Origin: Hydrolagus colliei
Taxonomy: Eukaryota
NCBI GenBank assembly: GCA_035084275.1
Contig: CM068742.1
Span: 66,030,001-66,094,000 of the forward strand
DNA: 64,000 bases
Reading direction: 5' to 3'
Shown here: positions 1 through 13,289 of the stretch, in pieces
Numbering within the stretch: the stretch's first letter is position 1
Layout: each line of letters opens with the position of its first letter
The notes under the pieces: generated by a model
What the model was told of the DNA's origin: nothing
Seen by the model: the letters and a program-made list of their open reading frames with translations, nothing else
Databases searched by the model: none
Position numbers and translations under genes: made by a program

Positions 1-3000
1 GAGGGATTGGGTCATGCGAGCAGTAAATCCAGTTTCAGAAGAGTAAAGATTATGGGCTGGGATGTGGGATTGAGGATTATATCAATATGGTAGAACAAGG
101 CAGTGGACAAATTTTAAAATGAGCATGTTGAAAATTTTAATATTCAGCATTCTCAAGTGATTAGAGAAAGCTCTCTTTACATGTTTCACCTTTACCTTAG
201 CCCCAGATGATTTCCTACTGCACCACTGGGATTTTTTCTATTTGGTATATCAGACAGCATTATAGCTTTTCTAAGAACCATTGGTTATTTATGATCATTC
301 GGTGCCAAAATTGTAGTCGATTTGGTTGATGGACTTGTATCAAGTAGAAATTAGATTGAGACGATCCAAGTACATTTCAATTAGAGTCCAAGCAATTCAA
401 AGCCAATGTATCCCCAGCAGATGTTGAAAAATCTTTGACAAGTTAATCGATTGATACAATTTTTCCTAAACGCCAAATTTTCCTAAGATCTCATTAGAAA
501 ACAAGAACTGAACCTACACTAAAAACAAAAGGTTTAGTTTGCTACTGTATCCTTTCTATTTGTCTGGCACTCACTGATTTTCATATGAATGGGGGAGGAG
601 ATGGGATTATTAAACTTTTAACCCTTACAGTGACAGTGGGACAACTCTTAATACTGTACTGTGGTTCAGTACTGTTTGCTCATGATGAATAAAGGCCACA
701 TGGGTGATGCAATGGAGGCTACTTCATGCTGGAGGAATCTCTGCCAAGGAAGGAATCTCCACATAGAAGGAAAAAGCAACTAAAAATTTCCAAGAGAACA
801 GGAGCGGGTTCTATTTAAATGGTTTCAATTTAAAAAAAAGTCAAACTATGAATTTGTAATGACAAATGTGATTGCTGCCCTTGCTGGTATAACACGGGGC
901 AGATCATGGCATCTCCATCTGTTTATAAACAAGGCAAAATGTCTTTTGAGACATGTTAACTAGACAACACCTCTTAATGTTCAGGTCTGCACACAGAACA
1001 TGAGCAGCAATTTGCAGTAGTTATTATGATTTCACACATATCAATGCCAGTTCTGAAACATCTGCCCATTTTGGCACAGTGAGTGTGAGAAAAGCATCTT
1101 GCACCAGAAGGCCATGGAGAAACCTACTATTGATGTTTTATATTTTCCTTTACCATATTAAATATTTAATGTTGAAAAGTTAGACTTACCAAACCTAATG
1201 CTGAAGAGGAGAAAATGCTTAAAGTGCAAAAGATTGTCAACATCCTTTTCATTGCACTTTTCTAACTGACAGCACAAACAAGTCACCATTGTAAGCTCCG
1301 ACCATCAAAAACATCTCTTTAATTAACTTTTTTTAAGGAAAAGACAAGGAAATATTTTATGAAATAAACATTTAGCATGGTGTAACATGAGCCGATGCAA
1401 TAATGAATGCAAAATTTTTAAGGTGCTGGGAAGTTTGTCACTACGGTATTTAAAATCAGGGAATGTGTTTCAAAGCTTTTTTTATGCTACCACTGGGCTT
1501 TAGTGCATGGTGGGCAATGGATAGTTTTTTTTAAAAAAAGATCCACATTTTACTTTGTATGAAGTTAGAACTTTAACATACATAGTGCCTCACAGCAAAA
1601 GAGACAACTCAGAACTTAAAGTTTGCCTCCTTCAGGCAACTTTTGGTACATGTCATCAATGAAATCTCAGCTGTAGTGAGATCTGAGGTCAGGTCTGAGT
1701 TTTACTAGTTGGTGTCATTTACACAGGGTTACATGCAGAACAGTCACTTTACTCACATTTTCAAGCGTAAGGCATATCTTATGTTGTTGTTTATCTGTTG
1801 AGTCCTTTTTCACTCCCAATGTTATGTGTAAGACAGGTTAGAAACCAGGGGAAAATTCAGTTCACATACCACCAACATTATTCTTTGATCCAAACCTCAG
1901 CAGAGCATTTGCCCTCTGTACCAGTGTATTTTTTCCATTTTCCCACCCTATGAATTGTTGGCATGAGATTGATGATTTAGTGCCAAGTGGTGTTGAATTA
2001 TTCACAATCTTGTGCTGCGGAAGTGGATTGAAAAGGCTTTAACTTGTTTCAATTAGAATATATAAGCAGTGCAAAATTGAGTTCCCAACATGTATTAAAT
2101 ACCTTCAGGAAAATTAATCTCTTGTCACAATGGCATTGAAACAAGTAAACTCAAAAGTTTCCTCAGTACAGATATGAATCTTAAAAGTTTAAATTTACTG
2201 CTTTGGAAAACAGTAGGAATCATTTTCTAAATATTGGTAAATGTACAGAAATTTGGGTATGCATTTTACGGTATAATCTATCACCTGAGATTCGCCAACC
2301 CTAAGGCATTAGTACAAATTGGCCCTATGCTGTTTTCTCCAGTAGGTACATCAAGGATTTACAATATTTTTCTGCTTATATGTGATGGACAGTGGATCTA
2401 CAAACCATGGGCATGGATAATAACAATCATTGTATTTGATATAGATAATTTCACGTTACATGAACATATCAACACAGTTTACAGGATTTGATATGAAGTG
2501 CAGTGTCTGTATTTTGTTTTGGTGAATGTGGCAATCAATCTATGTGGCATATAGTAATGTCCTACAAACAACCATGAAGTTAATGACAAATTTAAGTTTT
2601 TGTTTTATTTATTATATCACAGATGTTTGTGAGACATACCTATGCGAAATTGGCAGCCGGTTTCACTTAGGAATATGTGAACCGCTATGCTTCACAGAAA
2701 ATTTTGATAAGGTACTATTATCAAATGCAAGTATTACTATTATTACTTTGATTGGGTGGAAGCTAAAATGAAGTTGCAATGAAACTGGAATGTTATGCAT
2801 TTTTTTAAAAATCAAGTATTTCCCCACTTTTCTTTTCAGTATTCCCTTTTTGGCTGAACAGGTATTCAATGAATCACTCATAAATTTCTACCAATTCCGT
2901 GACACCAAGAGGTAATCTGGGCAGCCTGGGATGAATCTCTCTGGGATGTTCCTTCTCTCTTTGGAAAAGTGCTAGATCTCACCTCTGCAGGGCTAAGATT

Positions 3001-3044
3001 GGAAATTCACTCTGCAGCGAATGTATCTGTCCCATGCAGTCTAT

Positions 3045-4408
3045 CAACAACAACAACTTCGATTTATAAAGCACCCTCCACGCCGGATGGCGTCTTTGAG
3101 TGCTTCTTAACAAAGAATCCCGGGATTGAGCCAGGGGCAGAGGTAGAAAGGTGACCAAAGGCGCAGGTGAAGACAAAGGTCTTTAGTTGGGGCCTGAAAC
3201 TTGGAAGAGATGGCGCGAGGCGACGGGAGTGAGGAAGGGAGTTCCAGAGCCTCGGGCATAGTTGCTGAAGGCAAGACTGCCGAGGGTGGAGTGGAGGATT
3301 CGGGGGACAACGAGGATGCCAGACTCGGTGGAGCGAAGGCAACGGGTGCTGGTTTGAGGAGAGAGGAGGTCGGAGAGGTAGGGGGGTGCAGAGGAGTGGA
3401 GGCATTTGAAAACAAGGGTAAGGATCTTGAAATTGATCCTCTCTGGGACAGGGAGCCAGTGAAGTTTGGCAAGGACTGGGGTAATGGGGGAGTGAAGTTT
3501 GTTGTGGGTGAGAATGTGGGTGGCAGAGTTTTGAATGAGTTGGATTTTATGGATTGTGGTGGAGGGGAACCTGGCAAGGAGGGCATTGGAATAGTCCAGC
3601 CGAGAGGTGACAAAGGCATGGACTGGGGTTTCAGTGGCTTTTGGGGCGAGATATTGTCAGAGACATGCAATCCGTCGGAGGTGGAAGAAAGCGGTGCTGG
3701 TGAGGGACTGGATGTGGGGCAGAAAAGACAGTTGGGGGTCGAACCTAACACCTGGGTTGCACACAGGTTTGGAGAGTTTTAGGGGCAAGCCAGGAAGGTG
3801 GAGGAGGTGAGAGCCATGCGAATGGAGACGTTGATGAGAGCCAAAGAGTATGGCTTCCATCTTGTCAACATTCAGCTGTAGGAAGTTCGCTCTCATCCAG
3901 CTCCTGATGTCTGACAGGCAGGCTGATAGAACATCAGGGGACTGGGGGTCGCAAAGTGAGGTGGAGAAATAGAGTACATGTGGAAGTGTATCCCATGTCT
4001 GCAGATGACGTCCCCAAGAGGAAGCATATAGATGAGGAAGAAGAGGGGGCCAAGGATGGATCCTTGGGGTACCCCACAGGTAACTGGGTGAGAGCGGGAG
4101 GAAAAGCCGTTTATTGAGATGTACTGCTGGCGGTTTGTGAGGTAGGACTCGAACCAGGCGAGTGTGATCCCATAAAGGTGAATGACGGAGGATAGGCGGT
4201 GGAGGAGGATGGCGTGTCAACTGTGTTGAACGCAGTGGACAGGTCCAGGAGGATAAGGAGGCAGAGGGAGCCCTGGTCTCAGATAGAGAGGGCATCGTTT
4301 GTGACTTTTACAAGCATAGTCTCTGCACTGTGGGCAGGGTGGAAACCGGACTGGAGGGGTTCGAAAAGGGAGTGGGAGGAGAGATGAGCATGGAGTTGGT
4401 TGGCAACA
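3045..4408 (-). mobile_element. L2-clade LINE, 5'-truncated, frameshifted ORF2 (subfamily B)
   Basis: Fragments CLSDIRSWMRANFLQLNVDKMEAILFG and GVRFDPQLSFLPHI; (GTT)n tail at 3045-3057 on the - strand. Confidence 0.9.
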
Positions 4409-4932
4409 ACAACATCATTACATAGCTTGTTAGAATCGGAAAGTTCTGCCACATTTTACTAAATGTTATCTCCTCACTGCCTCCAATCAGTCCTTTCTAA
4501 AATGATTTTCTTCCCCCAGAATTTGTCCAGTCCACCCTGATCTGCCTGCTGGCTTACTGCTGATTGAATTAACATATTTAGATAAATGGGTACTGGGGAA
4601 GTAAGGGTATTTAGGCAAATAGAGAGAAGATAGGAATGTGGGTTTGGAAATTGCATAGAGTTGAATTGATAAAGTAGCAGAACAGGTTCAACGGGCTGAA
4701 TGATCACCCACCCTTTATTAGCTGGTGACAGATGCACGAGTGAGTTTGTCATTCTATAGCTTATTCACGTGCTGTGCTGTTTGCTTCTCCTCCTACCATA
4801 ATAATAATGATAATCATCCTTGCATTTGATGTAGCGCCTTATCACAATGTTGAGATGTATCACAGTGCATCATAGAATAAATTGTAAAATGAAATGACTG
4901 TATACTTTGTTTCTGAAATGCTGGAATTGTTA

Positions 4933-5860
4933 TTCATAGAATCATAGAATCATAGAATTTCACGGCACAAAATGAGGCCATTTGGCCCATCTAGTCTGTG
5001 CCAACTTTTTGAAAAGAGCAACTCAATCCCACTGCCCAGCTCTTTCCCCATAACCTAGCAGACCTGTTCTCCCTAAATAAAGATCTAATTCTCTTTTAAA
5101 AGCTGTTGTCGAATCAGCCTCCACCACCTTTTCAGGCAATGCATTCCAGATTCGAACAACCCGCTGAGTGAAAACATTTCTCCTCAGCTCCCCGCTGCTT
5201 CGTTTTGAAACTATTTTAAATCTGTGACCACGAGCCACAGATTCGCCCACCAGTGGAAACAGTTTTTCCTTATTCACCCTGTCGAATCCCCTCATGATTT
5301 TGTAACCTCTATTAGGTCTCCTTTCAACCTTCTCTGTTCTAAAGAGAATAAACCTAGTTCATCTAGCCTTTCCTCATAACTGAAATCCCTCAATCCTGGT
5401 ACCATTCTAGTAAACCTTCTTTGCACCCTTTCCAACACCTTAACATCCTTTTTATAGTGTGGTAACCAGAATTGGACACAGGCCAGCTGAGGCATAACCA
5501 AAGTTTTACAGAGGTTAGTCAGCACTTTCTGACTTTTGTACTCTATACCCCTATTTATAAAGCCTAGTATCTCATATTCCTTTTTAACAGCTTTCCTGCC
5601 ACCTTCAAAGAGTCACTAACACAAATCCCCAGGTCTCTCTGTTCCCTCATACCACTTAAAATTGTACTATCTAGCCTATATTGCCTCCCCTCATTTCTTC
5701 TCTCAAAATGTATCACCTCACACTTATCTGCATTAAACTTCATCTGCCATGTGTCTGTCCACTTTACCATTTTATCTATATCTTCTTGCAGATTGTTACT
5801 ATCCTCTTCACTATTTTCCGTTCTCCCTAACTTAGTATCATCTGCAAACTTGGAAACTGT
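4933..5860 (-). mobile_element. CR1 LINE 3' end, 5'-truncated, decayed
   Basis: SKFADDTKLG, WQMKFNADKCEVIHF and [11 protein letters not shown] motifs; CR1-type (ATTCTATG)n terminal repeat at about 4933-4958. Confidence 0.93.
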
Positions 5861-6099
5861 GTTTAAATATATCTTAAAATACATCTGTGTTTAAATATAT
5901 ATCTTAAAGTATGAAATATATCTTAAAGTATGAAATAATATCAGGGTCTAGGGAGTGAGTTTCAAAGTAGTAACCTAATCTCAGGGCTCAGATGGACTTC
6001 ATCTGCACTCCCTTCATTGAGTTCCATCACTGCTGCCAGATATCCTTTATCTTTTATTCTATTTATTGTTGAGTGCAAGCTGAAAATGAAGCTGTAGCA

Positions 6100-6373
6100 C
6101 ATGCTCAGTAGTTAGAGCACTCACCTTGCAAGTGAAAGACCCGGGTTCGATTCCCAGCAGGTCAAAACCTTGGGCAAGTTTCCTTACACTACACACCTGA
6201 TAATAATCCCTCAGTAATAAATTGGTCACTTCAATCTACGACTGTTTGTGGGACATTGCTGTGCACAACTCTTAGTCAATTCACTTTACAGTATAATCTG
6301 TGAAACGCTTCAAGACGTCTTTAAGACATGATAAGGTGCTATATCTACCGCAGTCATTATTAGATTATTATAA
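6100..6373 (+). mobile_element. tRNA-derived SINE (young Deu-type family)
   Basis: A-box-like gctcagtagttagagc, B-box ggttcgattcc, body ccttgggcaagtttccttac...ctgtttgtgggaca, tail tgtgaaacgcttcaagacgtc...(tta)n. Confidence 0.85.
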
Positions 6374-6375
6374 TA

Positions 6376-7115
6376 CAGTAAAAGCCCATTTATCCAACAC
6401 CTGCGGGACCTGGCCAATGCCTGTTAAAGTGGCTGCTGGATATTCGGGCAGCCCACAGCCGAAAACCCATGACAAAAAAATTAAAGTTCTTTTAACACCT
6501 ACCATACACACCAGACTAAATAATAAAATAGCATAACAGAATATTGTATTGGTACGTATTGTTAAAACTACTCTAATGTACTTCTCACCTTTACTGATTG
6601 AGGTTTACAGTACAGCAATTCTTTTTTAAATGGAGGACGCCAAGCGGGTGAAAAAAACGGCAGCGCGATTTTAAAGTCACGCGACTTTACTAGCAGCAAG
6701 CCAAAAACTCAAGACTCTACTAGTGGCAAACCAAAATACTGCACCTGCGCGACAATGTGGGTTGTGGCTAGCATTATCGACTTGCCTCTAGTATGGCTTT
6801 AAAGTCGCATTCCATTTTTTTCATCTGCTTGGCGTGCTCCATTTTAAAACGAATTGCTGGACTATAAACCTCAACCGCAGCATTGTGGCTTCAAGTGCAG
6901 CATCTACCAGTAAAGGTGAGAAGGGCAAGAGAATAGTTTTAACAATAAGTACCAATACAATATTCTGTTATTATGTTATTATTTATGCATTTACAAATGC
7001 TGCACTGCTATTGTTCCGGATAAGTTCTGGTTTATCGAATGGAGACTTTCTTTTTGGCGCGCAGGTTGTACGGAAGTGCTGGTTCACCGAGTCACGGATA
7101 AACGGGCTTCTACTG
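6376..7115 (+). mobile_element. Tc1/mariner (pogo/Tigger-like) MITE, family T1
   Basis: TIRs cagtaaaagcccatttatcc / ggataaacgggcttctactg (18/20 match), TA on both flanks, no transposase ORF. Confidence 0.88.
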
Positions 7116-9453
7116 TAGTAAGTCTTGTGGATTTCTATGATTCACAGCGTGACCTCCATTTATTTAGGGGCATATACTGGTACAGCAGCATGTTCTCTGA
7201 ACTTGAAGCATGGAAAAAATTTATCTATTCCCTGGATTCATCTGAGAAACATATTTGCTCTTTGGAAAACTTAAATGGAGCTACTGAAAGACTTTCAGGG
7301 GAAAGAGGGTCTATGAGCTGTGCTGAGAGGTCTCCCCTAGTACAGTGTAAACTGGTTACTACTGTACTTCGGACTGGTCCAGAAAAGCTCTGAGCTTGTC
7401 TGATTATGTGCTTATTTTCTGAAGAGCTTTTCAGGCCTTAAAGACTGCAGTTGGTGAACAAGGCATGGCACAGAGGTCGAATGCAATTTGCCTTAGTTTC
7501 CCCCTCCCAGCTTTCTAGACATTGAAGGAGTGATATCTGCCATTCAGGCACAGTTAGAAAATCATTGCAGATTTTCATGAGTGGGGAGTGGGGAGCCTTG
7601 TCTGCTTCATGTCTGCATTGAATAGGCAGTGAAAAGAAGAAATGTAAAAGGATGCTGCGTTAGTATTCTGTGGTGAAGTGTCTAACTGTAACCAGCTTTT
7701 CTTAAAAACAATGCATAAAAATAGGAGATATTGTCTTTGCAAAAAATATATAGTTTGCATGTTAATTTCTCCACAGCAAGATGCATTAAGAGGGCGTAGG
7801 TTCAGAGTTGTAGAGGGCAATGCCAGGATAGATACAATGAAGCTTTTCTGTACATAGAGGTTGATAAACTACTGCAACAGGTTGTCAGGAAAGCTCCTTG
7901 CAGCTAGGACAGTAGACCCAATTAAAAAACAGCTTGATGCTGAGATGGGGAGGGGGCAATATGGTGAATGTTCTGGAAGAATGAGATCAGATGGATCAAA
8001 GGGTCTTCATCCAAACCAACTTATGATTTCCTGATGTGCCTTGTTTGTTTTACATGAGCAAAGGGGGTTACAGTAAAATACCAATATTCACAGGGATGTG
8101 ACCATCAAATCAGAAGTCTCACATCAATCATATATCAATCTATCAATCATATCAGCGGGGTCTGTAACTGATCTGTATGAAAGCTGAGGATTGAATTCTG
8201 TGATGCAAGGCTGAATATTTAGAGACAATACTAAGACTTATTTATTAAATGTCCTCAGAAATGTTAACTTGAATGGTAAGTAAATCTAAGGAAGGAAATC
8301 TAAACAGAGGGTTGAAATTTGCAAACCGTGATGGGTTAACAACATGTCATTGAAAGGTGTGATTAGTCCATGTCTTCATTTAGTGAGTACTCCATGGGTG
8401 TGACACCCTCCCTGCATCCTCCCCATCACACTGATCCAGCCCAAATTGGTTCAATCATATGGGTTTGATGAGTGCCAACTAGCAGCACACTACAATTACT
8501 CTGATTTTGAGTTAGGCCAGTGTCATATAAACTGACAATCCAATGCCGCACACTCTGCAGGACAGCTGATTAATGCACAACACAGAGCAGTTTTGGATTC
8601 AACCATTGTGACGGAGCTGGGAATGAAGGGGGAAACAAATTAATAAATAAAGACATCAATTTAGTGTCTTTTTTAATGATGTGTTAATTAACTCAGAACC
8701 TTCACTTGTTTACGTATTTCCTCTTTCTAAAGTCTAAGCATGAACTTGTTTTTAATTGGAGAGAATACAACTGAGGGTGAGATGATGCAGAGGTCTCTAG
8801 CATACATGGATGGTGTTGATGTAAACAGACTATTTGTCTGAGATTGTGCAAGCGGAACTGGTGGAGAAAGTTTTAAAATGAAACAGCCTCAAGCAAAACT
8901 AAATAATACAGTAGTGGACTTTATTCTCATGAAACAGTGACCTCAGAAAACACATTCCCAGAGCAAACAGATGGTGATGCTGCAATTAGTTGCTTTCTCT
9001 AAAGAACTGAACACATACTTGGTACTAGGGGATATAATGATTAGGTGGAGCCTGAGATGAACAAATGCTTTCAATGGACCCAATTATTTCTGTGTTGCCT
9101 GATCTTGTGCATTTTTGTGTGAGTGTGTGTGTGTGTATGTATGGAGAAAGAGGAGAAAGTATAATTTATCTGTGGAGGGAAGGAGGCCGGGTTTAAATAG
9201 TGGATAATGGGATGAAGCAAATTATTGTTCTGTATTGATGTGTTTCTTTTTTGCAGGAAGTAAGAGTGATTGTAGTAAAGTCTAATATAGGATGCTTCCA
9301 TCCCCACCATACCTTTGCAATCTCCCTCCCACCACCCCGCAGCCATTCCCTTCTCTCTGCATTCCTGACTTGCATTATATTCCCTTCACTGCTCTGCATT
9401 TATTAGGCAAAAAATCATTTCATAGTAGGAGGCCATTTGGCCTTGTAACCGAG

Positions 9454-10566
9454 TGGACCTGGCTTTGATTCCTGAGAGTGCCTTCGATACCGTGGACCAC
9501 GCTATCCTCCTCCACCGTCTCTCCTCCCTCCTCAACCTGCAAGGCTCTGTCCTTGAATGGTTCCAGTCCTATCTCTCCCGCAGCCTTCACTTTGTCTCCT
9601 CTAACGGCTTCTCCTCCAACCCCCACACAGTCACATGCAGCATTCCCCAGGGCTCTGTCCTTGGCCCCTGCTCTTCACGCTCTACACTCTCCCCCTGGGC
9701 ATCATCATCCGCAGACATGGGTTAAATTTCCACATGTATGTGGATGATAACCAATTCTACCTCTCCGTGTTTACCCTCGACTCCAGGACCACTGGCGTTC
9801 TGACTGCATGTCTGTCCGACATTGAGTCCTGGATGAGGGAAAATTTCCTACAACTCAACGTCAACAAGACGGAAGCCCTCCTGTTTGGCTCACGTCAGCG
9901 CTTCCGCACCTCAGACGCTGACAACATGAGTGTTCAAGGCTGCTCTCTCCACCTCTCGAAGCCAATCAGGAATCTAGGCATCTTGTTCGACCCTGAACTA
10001 TCCTTCCTCCCCCACATTTGCACCAGGCTTCGTGACGACATCACTCCCACCCTCGCCCGTCTCCACTGGTTCTCAGTAATTAAGTCCAACTACTTAGTCC
10101 GTTACCCAGAGGATCGAATTCAAGATCCTTGTTCTCACTTTCAAGGCCATTCATGGCCTTGTCCCTGCCTATCTCTCTGACCTACTGTCTCCGTATCAGC
10201 CTGCCCTTCCTGTCCATTGAGCAGACTCAGGCCTGCTCTGCGTTCACTGCCCTAACCGCCCGACCATCAGCGGCCGGGCTTTCAGCCGCTCTGCTCCCAC
10301 ACTGTGGAACTCCATCCCACAGCACCGCTGCCTCGCTTCCTCCCTTTCCTCTTTCAAGGCCGGTTTCAAGACCTTCCTCTTTGACCGCGCCTTCGGCTAC
10401 CCCATTAACTCTTCCTCCTCTCCCACTCTTCTTCCCCTTCCCCCTACCCCAACCCCCCCCCACCCCCCCACCACCCCCGCTCGGGTCCTGATCTGACTGT
10501 TCAGTGCTTTGGGACATCCTCCCGATGTGAAAGGTGAAATAAGTGCAATTTTGTTGTTGTTGTTGT
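9454..10566 (+). mobile_element. L2 LINE 3' part (subfamily A)
   Basis: SAFDTVDH, FHMYVDD and WMRENFLQLNVNKTEALL; tail tgggacatcctcccgatgtgaaagg...(ttg)n. Confidence 0.92.
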
Positions 10567-10851
10567 GTGAAACATTGGGAAAGTTTCCTTACTTCACACG
10601 ACTCTGTATACCTTACAGTAAATAGGAACCCCGCTATTAGTCGAGTGGCAGATCGGAATAATAATCCCTTTAAAAAAATTGGTCACTCAATCCACGATTG
10701 CTTGTGGGCCACTGCTGTGAACAATTGACTGCCACATTTCGTCTACAATATATCCAGTCAATTCACCTTCAAGTATATTCTGTGAAGCGCTTTGTGATGT
10801 CTAGAAGACATAATAAGGCATTATATCAAATGCAAGGAATGTTATTATTAT
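10567..10851 (+). mobile_element. SINE, headless copy of a longer variant
   Basis: Body and tail match the young SINE family, with an extra ~55 bp central segment. Confidence 0.75.
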
Positions 10852-10940
10852 CGAGCCTTATGCTTTAGCTAGTTCTTCCACTAGAGCTATCCCCTGTATT
10901 GTAATCTAATTCCCTGCTCTTTCCCCTTCCTCCTTTTGTA

Positions 10941-11248
10941 GAGTCCTGTAGTTCGGTGATAGAGCACTCTTGTTCGAATCTAGGCAGATCAGGGTGAAAC
11001 CTTGGGCAAGTTTCCTTACTCCACACGCCTAACAATAATCCCTCCAAAATAAAACACAATAATAAAATTGGTCATTTCAATCCACGAATGTTTATGGGTC
11101 ACTGCTGTGCGCAATTGGCTGCCGCGTTTTGCCCACAAAGATATAACCAATTCGTTTTACAGTACATTTGGTGAAGCACTTTGAGATGTCTAGAAGATGT
11201 GAAAAAGCGCTATATCAAATGCAGGAATTATTATTATTACTATTATTA
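10941..11248 (+). mobile_element. tRNA-derived SINE, near full length
   Basis: Head gagtcctgtagttcggtgatagagc...gttcgaatc, Deu-like gctgtgcgcaattggctgccgcgttt, (tta)n tail. Confidence 0.88.
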
Positions 11249-12795
11249 TGTTCTTTGAATATTTATTCAATGCATTTTTAAATGTTGTGACAAAGTATTC
11301 CATGTTACAATAATCCAGTCACGTTTGTAGGCTAGTTTTATTCTGTTCCATTCTCCCCTTTCATACTAACAGTGCCTGTCAGTGTTGATACTGTCACTGA
11401 GTGCTTTGTGTCACTGATGAACAATGTCTTTGTATGGAAAGCTTCCTTGTCACAATGTTATTAATTTGGTGGTGTTTGTGTCGACTAAGTAGTTGGACTT
11501 AATTACTGAGAAATGCTGTGTGTGTGTGTGTTTGTGTTTGTATGTGTGTAAGTACGTGCGAGCATGCATATGCATATAAAATGCATATTTCTATCCAATG
11601 AGAGTCCATTCAGAATCCTGATGGGCTATGAAGTGTGCTGATAACTTTATCAGTATGTTATCACTGCCTCAGTGTTAGCAGGGCAGGTCTGTCTCCAACA
11701 AAGCAGCTGGAATTTCGAACCCAGTGTAATTTGTTAAATATTTGAATGCCTGCCGTCTAAAGTGAAATCTGACTACTTCATCTGTGGATTGTCTAGGGTT
11801 TTGTTACAAAACCTTTGTCAAAATGACAGGATGAATCTCTTTAGTTTCTTATTGCATTCTATTCATATTGTGTCATGCGGTGAAATATATCAGCATCTGT
11901 TGCTTATTTTTAACCTCCCTGGCCCCCACTCTTTTTTGTCAGGTGTCAGATAAAAGCTGGACAGGTTTATCAATTATAAATCAAGTCTGCAAGATATATC
12001 CTTGTGTTTTCCTTTTTGGGTCTTTCGCCTCTGGGATGTGGAATTCCATCCAGCCCAGACAGATGGGATGAGAATCTCCTTTTTCACAGCACTGCTGAAA
12101 CTCCTTAGGAAAATCAGTTCAGACAATTTCAAACCAGCTCACAGTGGACACAAGACAGCAGCCTCCAAATTGTTGTAAAATGCTTTTGAATTAGCAATGC
12201 AGCAAGCTGTGGAAGCAGCGCAGGATCAGTGTGTGTGCGCGTGTGTGAAAAATAGAAACATCCAACTCAGTTCAGTTATTGCTCATTTTTCTGTTGTTCA
12301 GGTTTTGTTCATGCTGCAGCCAAACACTGAAGCCTACCACACTGTAGGTGATCTGCTCATTGTAGTTTGTCTTGTTCTTTATCAGATCTGAAAGCCTTCA
12401 TATCAACAAAGTAGAAAAATGTGGTTCCAACATCCCTCCCCTAGGACTTATAAACTCACACCACAGTACTTTTGACGATCAACCTGGCTTGTGCCTCTGG
12501 TTGTGGGTTAAAGCCCCGTGTTGGGATTTTAAATGTATCCCGATACAACGATGGCAGTGCTACAACAATAACAACAACAGTAATGCCAGTGCTGCAGGTG
12601 TCCTGCGTTGTTGAAGGTTTCATCTTACAAATGAGACAATGAACCAAAGTCGTATCGAGCTATTAAAGTGAATATTAAAGATTTCTATCCCACTATTCAA
12701 AAAGAGATGGGAGTTTCTCCGAGTGCCCCGCCCAATAATCCTTCAGATAAAATTGATGAGTCACTTCATACTGTTTATGGAGCATTGTTCTGCAC

Positions 12796-12990
12796 AGGAC
12801 GAGAGGCAGTGCAGGAGGATGGAGTGGTTGACAGTGTCAAAGGCAGCAGAAAGGTCGAAGAGGACAAGGAGTCAGAGAGAGCTCTGGTCATAGATGTTTA
12901 GAACGTCATTAGAGATGTTTACCAGGGCTGTCTCCGTGCTATGGGCAGCATGGAAGTCGGATTGCAGGGGGTTCGAAGAGGGAATGGCAA
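12796..12990 (-). mobile_element. L2 RT fragment
   Basis: LQSDF..AHSTETALV.ISND, followed by a degenerate DLSAAFDTV.H motif. Confidence 0.8.
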
Positions 12991-13289
12991 GAGAGAAAGG
13001 AGCGAAGCTGGTAAGCAATGATTCATTCCAGGGCTTTATTATTATGATCATTTCTAATATAGGGTTGTGGGAATGTGGCATATAGTATTATCACTTTTTA
13101 ACAAATAATGCAGACAATGGTTGACATTAGTGTTGATTGATAGAACTCATTAATGCCCATTTGTCATTAATGAGTTCACTTAAATAAGAACAAATAGGGA
13201 GAAAAAGCAAGTTACCTTACTGACTGCCACATTTGCACGTGATGCAAAAAGTGCTACATCAAATGCAAGGTTTATAGTTATTATTGTTA

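Noticed and set aside
2234-2491. ORF containing IDNF as a possible upstream SORCS2 exon (VIDNFY in human)
   Set aside because: No SSDFG Asp-box or CPTNKRK context and no fitting splice sites; a chance 4-residue match.
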